From assembly GCA_002269645.1 (NCBI GenBank), contig NIVC01000831.1:1-64000 (forward strand): 64,000 bases of DNA. The letters are read 5' to 3'. The stretch is from Macrostomum lignano. Taxonomy: Eukaryota. Below are positions 22,119 to 34,100 of this stretch, piece after piece (the stretch's first letter is position 1; every line of letters begins with the position of its first letter). The position numbers and the translations under genes are program-made. Below the pieces are notes generated by a model. It was not told the DNA's origin. It searched no databases and saw only the letters and a list, made by a program, of their open reading frames with translations.

Positions 22119-25100
22119 ATGTACACGCAGTACAAGTGAGTTCTGGCGAGTGTCCAAGCTTACCAGTAGATCTCTATGAATGAAAATCAGTGTTGAGGTT
22201 TGACTAAGTAACACTGCTCTAAGATCTGTAGTTTGTTTAATTGTATGTACTTTTTATAATACAAACACGTGTGCTCTGCATATAGCTGTTTCGTTTGGCA
22301 TTTAATTTCATTTTTTTCTGCTGGCCTTTTTAGTACTAACCAAAACTTGTAACAGTAGTATTCATAACAGCAATAATATAATGTAGCCATTGTGTTTTTG
22401 CTTGCTTCTAACCTAAAAATGAATTAATTATGATAGCTCAGCATGACGCTTGATTGATTAATTGAGACTTACAATAAGTACATACTCTCATTTTTTGATT
22501 CCCGATTCTCCTTCTATTCCATCAAGAGAGCGCATGATGCCCGGTGCATGCGGAGACGGCGTTGACCCATCGGTGGTGTCCTACCTAGAGGAGGGCTACA
22601 AGAAGCTGCAGTCCGACCCCAAGTGCAAGTCCCTGCTAAAGCGTCACCTGACCAAGGATGTGCTTGAGAAGCTCAAGAACAAGAAAACGTCGTTTGGTTC
22701 GACTCTAAAGGATGTGGTGCAGTCTGGTGAGTTTTTTGAGATCAAACTTTTCATTTGTTTTTGTCTGATCTTAGTTTAAATGTAGTTAACCGATTTTTTT
22801 TCCAGGCGTGGAGAACCTGGACTCAGGCGTCGGCGTGTACGCCCCGGACGCGGAAGCGTACTCGGTGTTCGCCGACCTGTTCGACCCGATCATCGAGGAG
22901 TACCACGGCGGCTTCAAGCGCACCGACCGGCACCCGCCGTGCACGCTGGGAGACGCCAGCGAGTTCGGAGACGTGGACCCGGAGGGAAAGTACGTGGTGT
23001 CCACCAGGATCCGGTGCGGCAGGTCGCTGAGAAAGTTCCCGTTCAACCCGAACATGACGGAGGGGCACTACAAGGAGATGGAGGATCTGGTGTCGGGCAC
23101 TCTGAAGGGCATGACGGGAGAGCTGAAGGGCACGTTCTACCCGCTGACCGGGATGACGAAGGAGGTGCAGCAGCAGCTGATTGACGACCACTTCCTGTTC
23201 AAGGAGGGCGACCGGTTCCTGCAGAAGGCGAACGCGTGCCGCTACTGGCCGACGGGCAGGGGCATCTTCCACAACGACAGCAAGACGTTCCTGGTGTGGG
23301 TGGGAGAGGAGGACCACATGCGGATCATCTCGATGCAGAAGGGCGGCAGCATCAGGGAGGTGTACGGCAGGCTGGTGAAGGCGGTGAACGAGATCGAGAA
23401 GCGGATGGAGTTCAGCCACGATGACCGGCTGGGCTTCCTGACGTTCTGTCCGACGAACCTGGGCACCACGATCCGCGCCTCGGTGCACATCAAGCTGCCG
23501 CGGCTGTCGGCGGGAGGCCAGGAGGCCCTGCAGCGGGTGGCCGACCGGTTCCAGCTGCAGGTGCGCGGGTCCGCAGGCGAGCACTCGGAGGCGGTGGGAG
23601 GCCTGTACGACATCTCGAACAAGGAGCGCATGGGCCTGACGGAGTTCGAGGCCGTCGGCAAGATGTACCGCGGCATCGCCGAGCTCATCAAGATGGAGAA
23701 GGCGCTGGAGCGGGGCGTCGACCCGGAGGTGGTGAAGTACGTTGAGGACGGGTTCGCCAAGCTGCAGGCCAGCGACTCGTGCCACTCGCTGCTGAAGAAG
23801 CACCTCACCAAGGAGGTGGTGGACCGGCTGAAGAACCTCAGCACGCCGTCCTTCGGCTCCACGCTCAAGGATGTCATTCAGTCAGGTGATATTTTACTCT
23901 GAATTGGAATTCATATAGTAAATTTTTTTGTTATTTACCTATGGCAATATGGGATGAGCACAGTAAGAAGTTTGTTGGCATTAACGTAGGAAATGAAAGT
24001 TAGCTGAAATTTTCATAATAAGGAAATGTGCCTCTTCACTGCCAATCAAATCTAACCTAAGATTGGACGCCAAGAGCTTACAATTACACTTTTCGTAAAT
24101 TAGGATTCTATATAATAATTGCTTCAACGCTTCTTAATCCGAGGTAGTTGTAGTCTAGTGGGTAGAGCATCGGACTCACGACGGGGGTTCGATTCTCGAC
24201 CCACTGGGAACAATTTGTGTGCTTGAGCAAGACACTTAACTCTACATTGCTTCAGTTCACCCTGCTGTAAAATTGGTGCCAGCATGTGAGAGTCGCCCCT
24301 GAAAGTCGCCATACCCCAGTGAGTCGCCCGTTAGAGTCGCCCCACGTCCCCAGTGAGAGTCGCCCCACGTCCCCAGTGAGAGTCGCCCCACATCCCCAGT
24401 GAGTGTCGCCCCACATCCCCAGTGAGAGTCGCCCCACATCCCCAGTGAGTGCCGCCCCACATCCCCAGTGAGTGTCGCCCCACATTCCCAGTGAGAGTCG
24501 CCCCACATCCCCAGTGAGAGTCGCCCCACATCCCCAGTGAGTGTCGCCCCACATCCCCAGTGAGAGTCGCCCCACATCCCCAGTGAGAGTCGCCCCACAT
24601 CCCCAGTGAGAGTCGCCCCTCATTCCCAGTGAGAGTCGTCCCACATTCCCAGTGAGAGTCGCCCCACATTCCCAGTGAGAGTCGCCCCACATCCCCAGTG
24701 AGAGTCGCCCCACATTCCCAGTGAGAGTCGTCCCACATTCCCAGTGAGAGTCGCCCCACATCCCCAGTGAGAGTCGTCCCACATTCCCAGTGAGAGTCGC
24801 CCCACATTCCCAGTGAGAGTCGCCCCACATTCCCAGTGAGAGTCGCCCCACATTCCCAGTGAGAGTCGTCCCACATTCCCAGTGAGAGTCGTCCCACATT
24901 CCCAGTGAGAGTCGCCCCACATTCCCAGTGAGAGTCGCCCCACATCCCCAGTGAGAGTCGCCCCACATTCCCAGTGAGAGTCGTCCCACATTCCCAGTGA
25001 GAGTCGTCCCACATTCCCAGTGAGAGTCGCCCCACATTCCCAGTGAGAGTCGCCCCACATCCCCAGTGAGAGTCGCTCCACGTCCCCAGTGAGAGTCGCC

Positions 25101-28100
25101 CCACATTCCCAGTGAGAGTCGCCCCACATTCCCAGTGAGAGTCGCCCCACATTCCCAGTGAGAGTCGCCCCACATCCCCAGTGAGAGTCGCCCCACATTC
25201 CCAGTGAGAGTCGCCCCACATTCCCAGTGAGAGTCGTCCCACATTCCCAGTGAGAGTCGCCCCACATTCCCAGTGAGAGTCGCCCCACATTCCCAGTGAG
25301 AGTCGCCCCACATCCCCAGTGAGAGTCGCCCCACATTCCCAGTGAGAGTCGCCCCACATTCCCAGTGAGAGTCGTCCCACATTCCCAGTGAGAGTCGCCC
25401 CACATTCCCAGTGAGAGTCGCCCCACATCCCCAGTGAGAGTCGCTCCACGTCCCCAGTGAGAGTCGCCCCACATTCCCAGTGAGAGTCGCCCCACATTCC
25501 CAGTGAGAGTCGCCCCACATTCCCAGTGAGAGTCGCCCCACATCCCCAGTGAGAGTCGCCCCACATTCCCAGTGAGAGTCGCCCCACATTCCCAGTGAGA
25601 GTCGCCCCACATTCCCAGTGAGAGTCGCCCCACATTCCCAGTGAGAGTCGCCCCACATCCCCAGTGAGAGTCGCCCCACATCCCCAGTGAGAGTCGCCCC
25701 ACATCCCCAGTGAGAGTCGCCCCACATTCCCAGTGAGAGTCGTCCCACATTCCCAGTGAGAGTCGCCCCACATTCCCAGTGAGAGTCGCCCCACATTCCC
25801 AGTGAGAGTCGCCCCACATCCCCAGTGAGAGTCGCCCCACATTCCCAGTGAGAGTCGCCCCACATTCCCAGTGAGAGTCGCCCCACATCCCCAGTGAGAG
25901 TCGCCCAAGATCCCGCACTCCCAATGTAGATAAAGCTCTTTAATAGATTGATTCTCTTGAACATAAAGTGATATGCTTCAGATGCGGAAACAGTTAGAAG
26001 TCACTCGGAGCCATATCTGGTAAATAGGCAGGGTTAAGCAGCTCTTGGAATCCTGCAACTTTCACAGCAGCAGCCTTCGCGATCCTGCTGGAGTGAGCTG
26101 GTGCATTGTCGTGCAGCAGCGCCACACCGCGGGTCAGCATTCCTCGCCGATTTTCCTTGACTGCCTGGCGCAGACGAGCGATCAAGTCAGCTTAGTAGAC
26201 CCCTGCGACTGTCTGCTTGTGCAGTAGAAAGTCCAGCAGCAACGGACCCTTTGAATCGTAGAAGACTGTCAGCATTATCTTGCCAGCAACGCTTGCAGTC
26301 CTCGCCTTCAGAGGTGCTGGTGATCCAACTGGCAGCCACTGCTTGGATTCTGGATCGTGGTGGTCTGGATCCACGACGTCTCATGCCGCGAGCTCCCTGA
26401 CTTTGATGCGGCGAATGTTTTCAGCCGTGACAGCCGCGTCCACATCGCAGATCGTCTTCGAGCGATGTTTGATGCTGGGGTATGAGGGGGCAGCCCAGCA
26501 TACACATCAGCCATGTGACTGTGAATTTCTGCAGGCTTTGAGCCCTCATGCCTGATGTAGACTTTTGGAACAGTTATGTGAGCTGGAGTTTTGGAGCTTT
26601 AATGTTTAGGGATTTTTGTCAGGCTCAGATGAAACTTTCGTAGTGCCCCTCGTAGTTCTCTCCTTATCTAGTATTTTTAATTGTCAATGAAACTAGGTGT
26701 TTACAGGCTTCTGATTCTAAGGCTTCGTCAATCTTCACTGAGCCTTCAAACTCAATCAATGATTCATAGCATTTTTCTCAGCTGCTATTCACTTCCTTAA
26801 TCCCCTTCCTCTTCCCAGGCGTGGAGAACCTGGACTCGGGCGTCGGCGTGTACGCCCCGGACGCGGAGGCGTACTCGGTGTTCGCCGACCTGTTCGACCC
26901 GATCATCGAGGAGTACCACGGCGGCTTCAAGCGCACCGACCGGCACCCGCCGTGCACGCTGGGAGACGCCAGCGAGTTCGGAGACGTGGACCCGGAGGGA
27001 AAGTACGTGGTGTCCACCAGGATCCGGTGCGGCAGGTCGCTGAGAAAGTTCCCGTTCAACCCGAACATGACGGAGGGGCACTACAAGGAGATGGAGGATC
27101 TGGTGTCGGGCACTCTGAAGGGCATGACGGGAGAGCTGAAGGGCACGTTCTACCCGCTGACCGGGATGACGAAGGAGGTGCAGCAGCAGCTGATTGACGA
27201 CCACTTCCTGTTCAAGGAGGGCGACCGGTTCCTGCAGAAGGCGAACGCGTGCCGCTACTGGCCGACGGGCAGGGGCATCTTCCACAACGACAGCAAGACG
27301 TTCCTGGTGTGGGTGGGAGAGGAGGACCACATGCGGATCATCTCGATGCAGAAGGGCGGCAGCATCAGGGAGGTGTACGGCAGGCTGGTGAAGGCGGTGA
27401 ACGAGATCGAGAAGCGGATGGAGTTCAGCCACGATGACCGGCTGGGCTTCCTGACGTTCTGTCCGACGAACCTGGGCACCACGATCCGCGCCTCGGTGCA
27501 CATCAAGCTGCCGCGGCTGTCGGCGGGAGGCCAGGAGGCCCTGCAGCGGGTGGCCGACCGGTTCCAGCTGCAGGTGCGCGGGTCCGCAGGCGAGCACTCG
27601 GAGGCCGTGGGAGGCCTGTACGACATCTCGAACAAGGAGCGCATGGGCCTGACGGAGTTCGAGGCCGTCGGCAAGATGTACCGCGGCATCGGCGAGCTCA
27701 TCAAGATGGAGAAGGCGCTGGAGCGGGGCGTCGACCCTGAGGTGGTGAAGTACGTCGAGGACGGGTTCGCCAAGCTGCAGGCCAGCGACTCGTGCCACTC
27801 GCTGCTGAAGAAGCACCTCACCAAGGAGGTGGTGGACAGGCTGAAGAACCTCAGCACGCCGTCCTTCGGCTCCACGCTCAAGGACGTCATTCAGTCAGGT
27901 GAGTGGCGCACCTTTCTAGATATCGGCTTCAAGGATGAGTTTGAAACTCGAGCCCTAGCATTATTTTGAGCCTATTCGTGATTAGGGCTCATAACTTGGG
28001 TTTTTCACTCTGTCTAGCTCTGCACGCAATAGGTCGCTGCACCTGTTCGGCCCCTAATCACTAGCTGGCTGGCTTTTGTGCATAAAAGCCAATGCGTCTC

Positions 28101-31100
28101 GCTAATTGGCGCCTATTGCACTCGCTCGGCTGGGCGGAACAGCTCAAGATTTTGACTTCGATTTGCGCCGGCATTGTTTTCCTGTCTGTCTGTGCGAGTG
28201 CAGTTAGCCTACCTGTTGTATCTTGTCTAATTGTAGCGTTTCTACCTGTGGGCTAGGTGTATGCAGATTGTGCATGTCTGCGTCACGTGACACTAGCCTT
28301 GCATTTTTGCTATTATCTGCGGAAGAATAGAAATGCTTTTAAGTATAGCTCTGGAATCAGATTTCATTTTGCATCAAAAGTTGCTATATGTGTGTTATAC
28401 CTGTCCTGATGGTGTGTCGCCTCATACAGTTTGTCTCACCTGATGTGTCTCCTGACATGTCTCACCTGATGTGTCTCCTTACATGCCTCACCTGATGTGT
28501 CTCATATGCCTCACCTGATGTGTCTCATATGCCACACCTGATGTGTCTAATATGCCTCACCTGATGTGTCTCCTCACATGTCTCACCTGATGTGTCTCAT
28601 ATGCCTCACCTGATGTGTCTCATATGCCTCACCTGATGTGTCTAATATGCCTCACTTGATGTGTCTCCTCACATGTCTCACCTGATGTGTCTCATATGCC
28701 TCACCTGATGTGTCTAATATGCCTCACTTGATGTGTCTCCTCACATGTCTCACCTGATGTGTCTCATATGCCTCACCTGATGTGTCTAATATGCCTCACT
28801 TGATGTGTCTCCTCACATGTCTCACCTGATGTGTCTCATATGCCTCACCTGATGTGTCTAATATGCCTCACTTGATGTGTCTCCTCACATGTCTCACCTG
28901 ATGTGTCTCATATGCCTCACCTGATGTGTCTAATATGCCTCACTTGATGTGTCTCCTCACATGTCTCACCTGATGTGTCTCATATGCCTCACCTGATGTG
29001 TCTAATATGCCTCACTTGATGTGTCTCCTCACATGTCTCACCTGATGTGTCTCATATGCCTCACCTGATGTGTCTAATATGCCTCACTTGATGTGTCTCC
29101 TCACATGTCTCACCTGATGTGTCTCATATGCCTCACCTGATGTGTCTAATATGCCTCACTTGATGTGTCTCCTCACATGTCTCACCTGATGTGTCTCCTC
29201 ATATGCCTCACCTGATGTGTCTAATATGCCTCACTTGATGTGTCTCCTCACATGTCTCACCTGATGTGTCTCATATGCCTCACCTGATGTGTCTAATATG
29301 CCTCACTTGATGTGTCTCCTCACATGTCTCACCTGATGTGTCTCATATGCCTCACCTGATGTGTCTAATATGCCTCACTTGATGTGTCTCCTCACATGTC
29401 TCACCTGATGTGTCTCATATGCCTCACCTGATGTGTCTAATATGCCTCACTTGATGTGTCTCCTCATATGCCACACCTGATGTGTCTCCTCATATGCCAC
29501 ACCTGATGTGTCTCCTCATATGCCACACCTGATGTGTCTCCTCATATGCTACACCTGATGTGTCTCCTCATATGCTACACAGCCTACACTTACCTGATAT
29601 TTCTAAATATCCCACTGACCTGAAATCCCTGCTGAGATCTCGTACCAGATTCCTCCGCGTGCGTACCCACTCGTGTATTTTCATCATAAATCTCGGTTAG
29701 CATCCCAGCCTGACTCAGCTTATGCTTGTATTCTACCAGAGCCTCTGCAGCAGAGCAAATAAAAAAGGATATTTTGCCACTCATCGCTACTGAGCCTCAT
29801 TCCTCCAGATATTTTTGCATATTTTGAAAAAATAAGCTGCTTGCCTTTGCATCTTTGCTCAGCTAAATTGCTTTTATGGCGGGGATGACAAAGCCTGAAC
29901 TGCTGCCCCAATGCAACTGTGGATAGCGTGACTCGCCCCCACCCCTATGCGCCATCGAGACCGGCTGCTTTCATAGCCAATTCCCTCGGAATTAGCATAT
30001 TCGCTAAACACAGGATTCTCAATCAATTGAAATTGCTCCAACTCTTCTGCGAGATAATTTTACAAGAAATATTACTTTACCCTTCTCCAGAATTCCGTGA
30101 CTAATCTACAGTTCACTTCCTTTATCCCCTCCCCTTCCCAGGCGTAGAGAACCTGGACTCGGGCGTCGGCGTGTACGCCCCGGACGCGGAGGCGTACTCG
30201 GTTTTCGCGGACCTGTTCGACCCGATCATCGAGGAGTACCACGGCGGCTTCAAGCGCACCGACCGGCACCCGCCGTGCACGCTGGGAGACGCCAGCGAGT
30301 TCGGAGACGTGGACCCGGAGGGAAAGTACGTGGTGTCCACCAGGATCCGGTGCGGCAGGTCGCTGAGAAAGTTCCCGTTCAACCCGAACATGACGGAGGG
30401 GCACTACAAGGAGATGGAGGATCTGGTGTCGGGCACTCTGAAGGGCATGACGGGAGAGCTGAAGGGCACGTTCTACCCGCTGACCGGGATGACGAAGGAG
30501 GTGCAGCAGCAGCTGATTGACGACCACTTCCTGTTCAAGGAGGGCGACCGGTTCCTGCAGAAGGCGAACGCGTGCCGCTACTGGCCGACGGGCAGGGGCA
30601 TCTTCCACAACGACAGCAAGACGTTCCTGGTGTGGGTGGGAGAGGAGGACCACATGCGGATCATCTCGATGCAGAAGGGCGGCAGCATCAGGGAGGTGTA
30701 CGGCAGGCTGGTGAAGGCGGTGAACGAGATCGAGAAGCGGATGGAGTTCAGCCACGATGACCGGCTGGGCTTCCTGACGTTCTGTCCGACGAACCTGGGC
30801 ACCACGATCCGCGCCTCGGTGCACATCAAGCTGCCGCGGCTGTCGGCGGGAGGCCAGGAGGCCCTGCAGCGGGTGGCCGACCGGTTCCAGCTGCAGGTGC
30901 GCGGGTCCGCAGGCGAGCACTCGGAGGCGGTGGGAGGCCTGTACGACATCTCGAACAAGGAGCGCATGGGCCTGACGGAGTTCGAGGCCGTCGGCAAGAT
31001 GTACCGCGGCATCGGCGAGCTCATCAAGATGGAGAAGGCGCTGGAGCGGGGCGTCGACCCGGAGGTGGTGAAGTACGTCGAGGACGGGTTCGCCAAGCTG

Positions 31101-34100
31101 CAGGCCAGCGACTCGTGCCACTCGCTGCTGAAGAAGCACCTCACCAAGGAGGTGGTGGACAGGCTGAAGAACCTCAGCACGCCGTCCTTCGGCTCCACGC
31201 TCAAGGACGTCATCCAGTCAGGTGAGTGGGCGCATTATCTACCTGAAACTACATGGCATTTAGTCTTGAACTAATTATTAATTTCCTGCATTCTGCTGGC
31301 TGTGCCATCCTAACTGCCGCCCTCCGCCGCAAATTGTCCAGCACCTGGGGCTCTCGAGTTACAGTCGAGCAGACCCTCCCCCCTGCGGTGCCTACTCAAG
31401 CCGTTCCAACTACTTAGCTAATAGTGTGTGATGACGCCATTGAGTTTTAGTTTGCTTTGCCCTCTTATCACTTTGTATTCTGTCTGCAGTTCCATACCCC
31501 TGGGACTCTCCGTTGTTAAGCGGGTTTTTTTTACCTTATATATATTTAACCTAGCACCTGGCTTTTCTTGGATTTCTGTTTATTGCCCTGCCTCACAGTC
31601 TCAGCCACTAAAGTGTGCTTCGAAGCTGTAGTGCAGTGTGGTAGGATGCTATTTAGCATAATAGAATAATTTTGCTTTGCCAACCTCTCTGCTTCAAAGC
31701 TTTAGACTTGAAGAGAATTGAAATGCCTGCCTGCACCCGCTCAGGCTATAGGCTGGATTGGGTAAGCGATTCAGTGAGCAGCAGGCCCTGCAGTGTCGTT
31801 GCCTGTTATTTTCCGGTCTCTCTCTCCCTATCGCACTGCTGTACTCTCTGTCCCGCATGTCTCTCTAGACTCTCCGCCCTTGTTACCATGGCAACCATTT
31901 CTATCAGCAGGGAGACTCTGTCTTTGCCGACCGACTGAGAAATATTCTAGGGCCAGTGGGCGAGTACCCATGCAGGTGTGTCTCATAGACGCCCTGTTTC
32001 ACAAAATATTAAACTATAAACACTAACAATATTGAGTGTCTGAGAATGCTTTACTTGCATTTTAATTTACTTTGTACTGTAAACGGCATTTCGATTAATG
32101 TAGAAATGCTCTTGGTTAAATAAAAAATATGTGACTATAGTTCAAATACCATAGTATGATAGTGCTTATCCTATCGAATTCTCTAGTTGAAAATTTATTT
32201 AGCAATTTAGAATGTATCTCTGAACAATCATACTACTGACAGAGTCTTATCACTAGTAATAACTTCCTGATTGTTAGAGATCAATTAATTAAAGGGGTAC
32301 TGGCAATATTAGTCTTCAATCTTCATGCATGGGGGGCATCGCAAAACCGAAATATCACAAACCCGAAATATCATAACTCCAAAAGTTGTATTTTGGCTTT
32401 GGGATTTACGAATATGATATTTCGGGGCTGTGATATTTTGGGTTGTGATATTTCGGGTTGTGATATTTCGGGTTTGTGATATTTCGGGTTGTGATATTTC
32501 GGGGTTGTGATATTTTCGGTTGTGATATTTCGGGTTGTGATATTTCAGGTTGTGATATTTCGGGTTGTGATATTTCAGGTTTGTGATATTTCAGGTTGTG
32601 ATATTTTGGGTTGTGATATTTCGGGTTTGTGATTTTTCAGGTTTGTGATATTTCGGGTTGTGATATTTCAGGTTGTGATATTTCGGGTTGTGATATTTTG
32701 GGTTGTGATATTTCGGGTTGTGATATTTTGGATTGTGATGTTTTGGGTTTGTGATATTTCTGGTTGTGATATTTCGGGTTGTGATATTTCAGGTTTGTGA
32801 TATTTCGGGTTGTGATATTTTGGGTTGTGATATTTCGGGTTTGTGATATTTCAGATTTGTGATATTCGGGTTGTGATATTTCGGGTTGTTATATTTCGGG
32901 TTGTGATATTTTGGGCTGTGATATTTCGTTGTGATATTTCGGGTTGTGATATTTCGGGTTGTGATATTTCAGGTTTGTGATATTTCGGGTTGTGATATTT
33001 TGGGTTGTGATATTTCGGGTTTGTGATATTTCAGATTTGTGATATTCGGGTTGTGATATTTCGGGTTGTTATATTTCGGGTTGTGATATTTTGGGCTGTG
33101 ATATTTCGTTGTGATATTTCGGGTTGTGATATTTCGGGTTGTGATATTTTGGGCTGTGATATTTGTTGTGATATTTCGGGTTGTGATATTTCAGGTTGTG
33201 ATATTTGGGGTTGTGATATTTCGGGTTTGTGATATTTCGGGTTGTGATATTTCGTTGTGATATTTCGGTTTTGTGATATTTCAGGTTTGTGATATTTCGG
33301 GTTTGTGATATTTCTGGTTGTGATATTCGGGTTGTGATATTTCGTTGTGATATTTCGGGTTGTGATATTTCGTTGTGATATTTCGGGTTGTGATATTTCG
33401 GGTTGTGATATTTCGTTGTGATATTTCGGGTTGTGATATTTCGGGTTTGTGATATTTTGGGTTGTGATATTTCGGGTTGTGATATTTCGGGTTGTGATAT
33501 TTCAGGTTTGTGATATTTCGGGTTGTGATATTTCGGGTTGTGATATTTCGGGTTGTGATATTTCGGGTTGTGATATTTTGGGCTGTGATATTTGTTGTGA
33601 TATTTCGGGTTGTGATATTTCAGGTTGTGATATTTGGGGTTGTGATATTTCGGGTTTGTGATATTTCGGGTTGTGATATTTCGTTGTGATATTTCGGTTT
33701 TGTGATATTTCAGGTTTGTGATATTTCGGGTTTGTGATATTTCTGGTTGTGATATTCGGGTTGTGATATTTCGGGGTTGTGATATTTCGTTGTGATATTT
33801 CGGGTTGTGATATTTCGGGTTGTGATATTTCGTTGTGATATTTCGGGTTGTGATATTTCGGGTTTGTGATATTTTGGGTTGTGATATTTCGGGTTGTGAT
33901 ATTTCGGGTTGTGATATTTCAGGTTTGTGATATTTCGGGTTGTGATATTTCGGGTTGTGATATTTTGTTGTGATATTTCGGGTTTGTGATATTTTGGGTT
34001 GTGATATTTCGTTGTGATATTTCGGGTAGTGATATTTCGGGTTTTGATGTTTTGGGTTTTGATGTTTGGGTTTGTGATATTTCGGGTTGTGATATTTCGG

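Noticed and set aside
24252-25964. CRISPR-like or coding interpretation of the regular arrays (also 6890-10350 and 48430-49700)
   Set aside because: Units are head-to-tail with no unique spacers, there are no cas genes and the context is eukaryotic.
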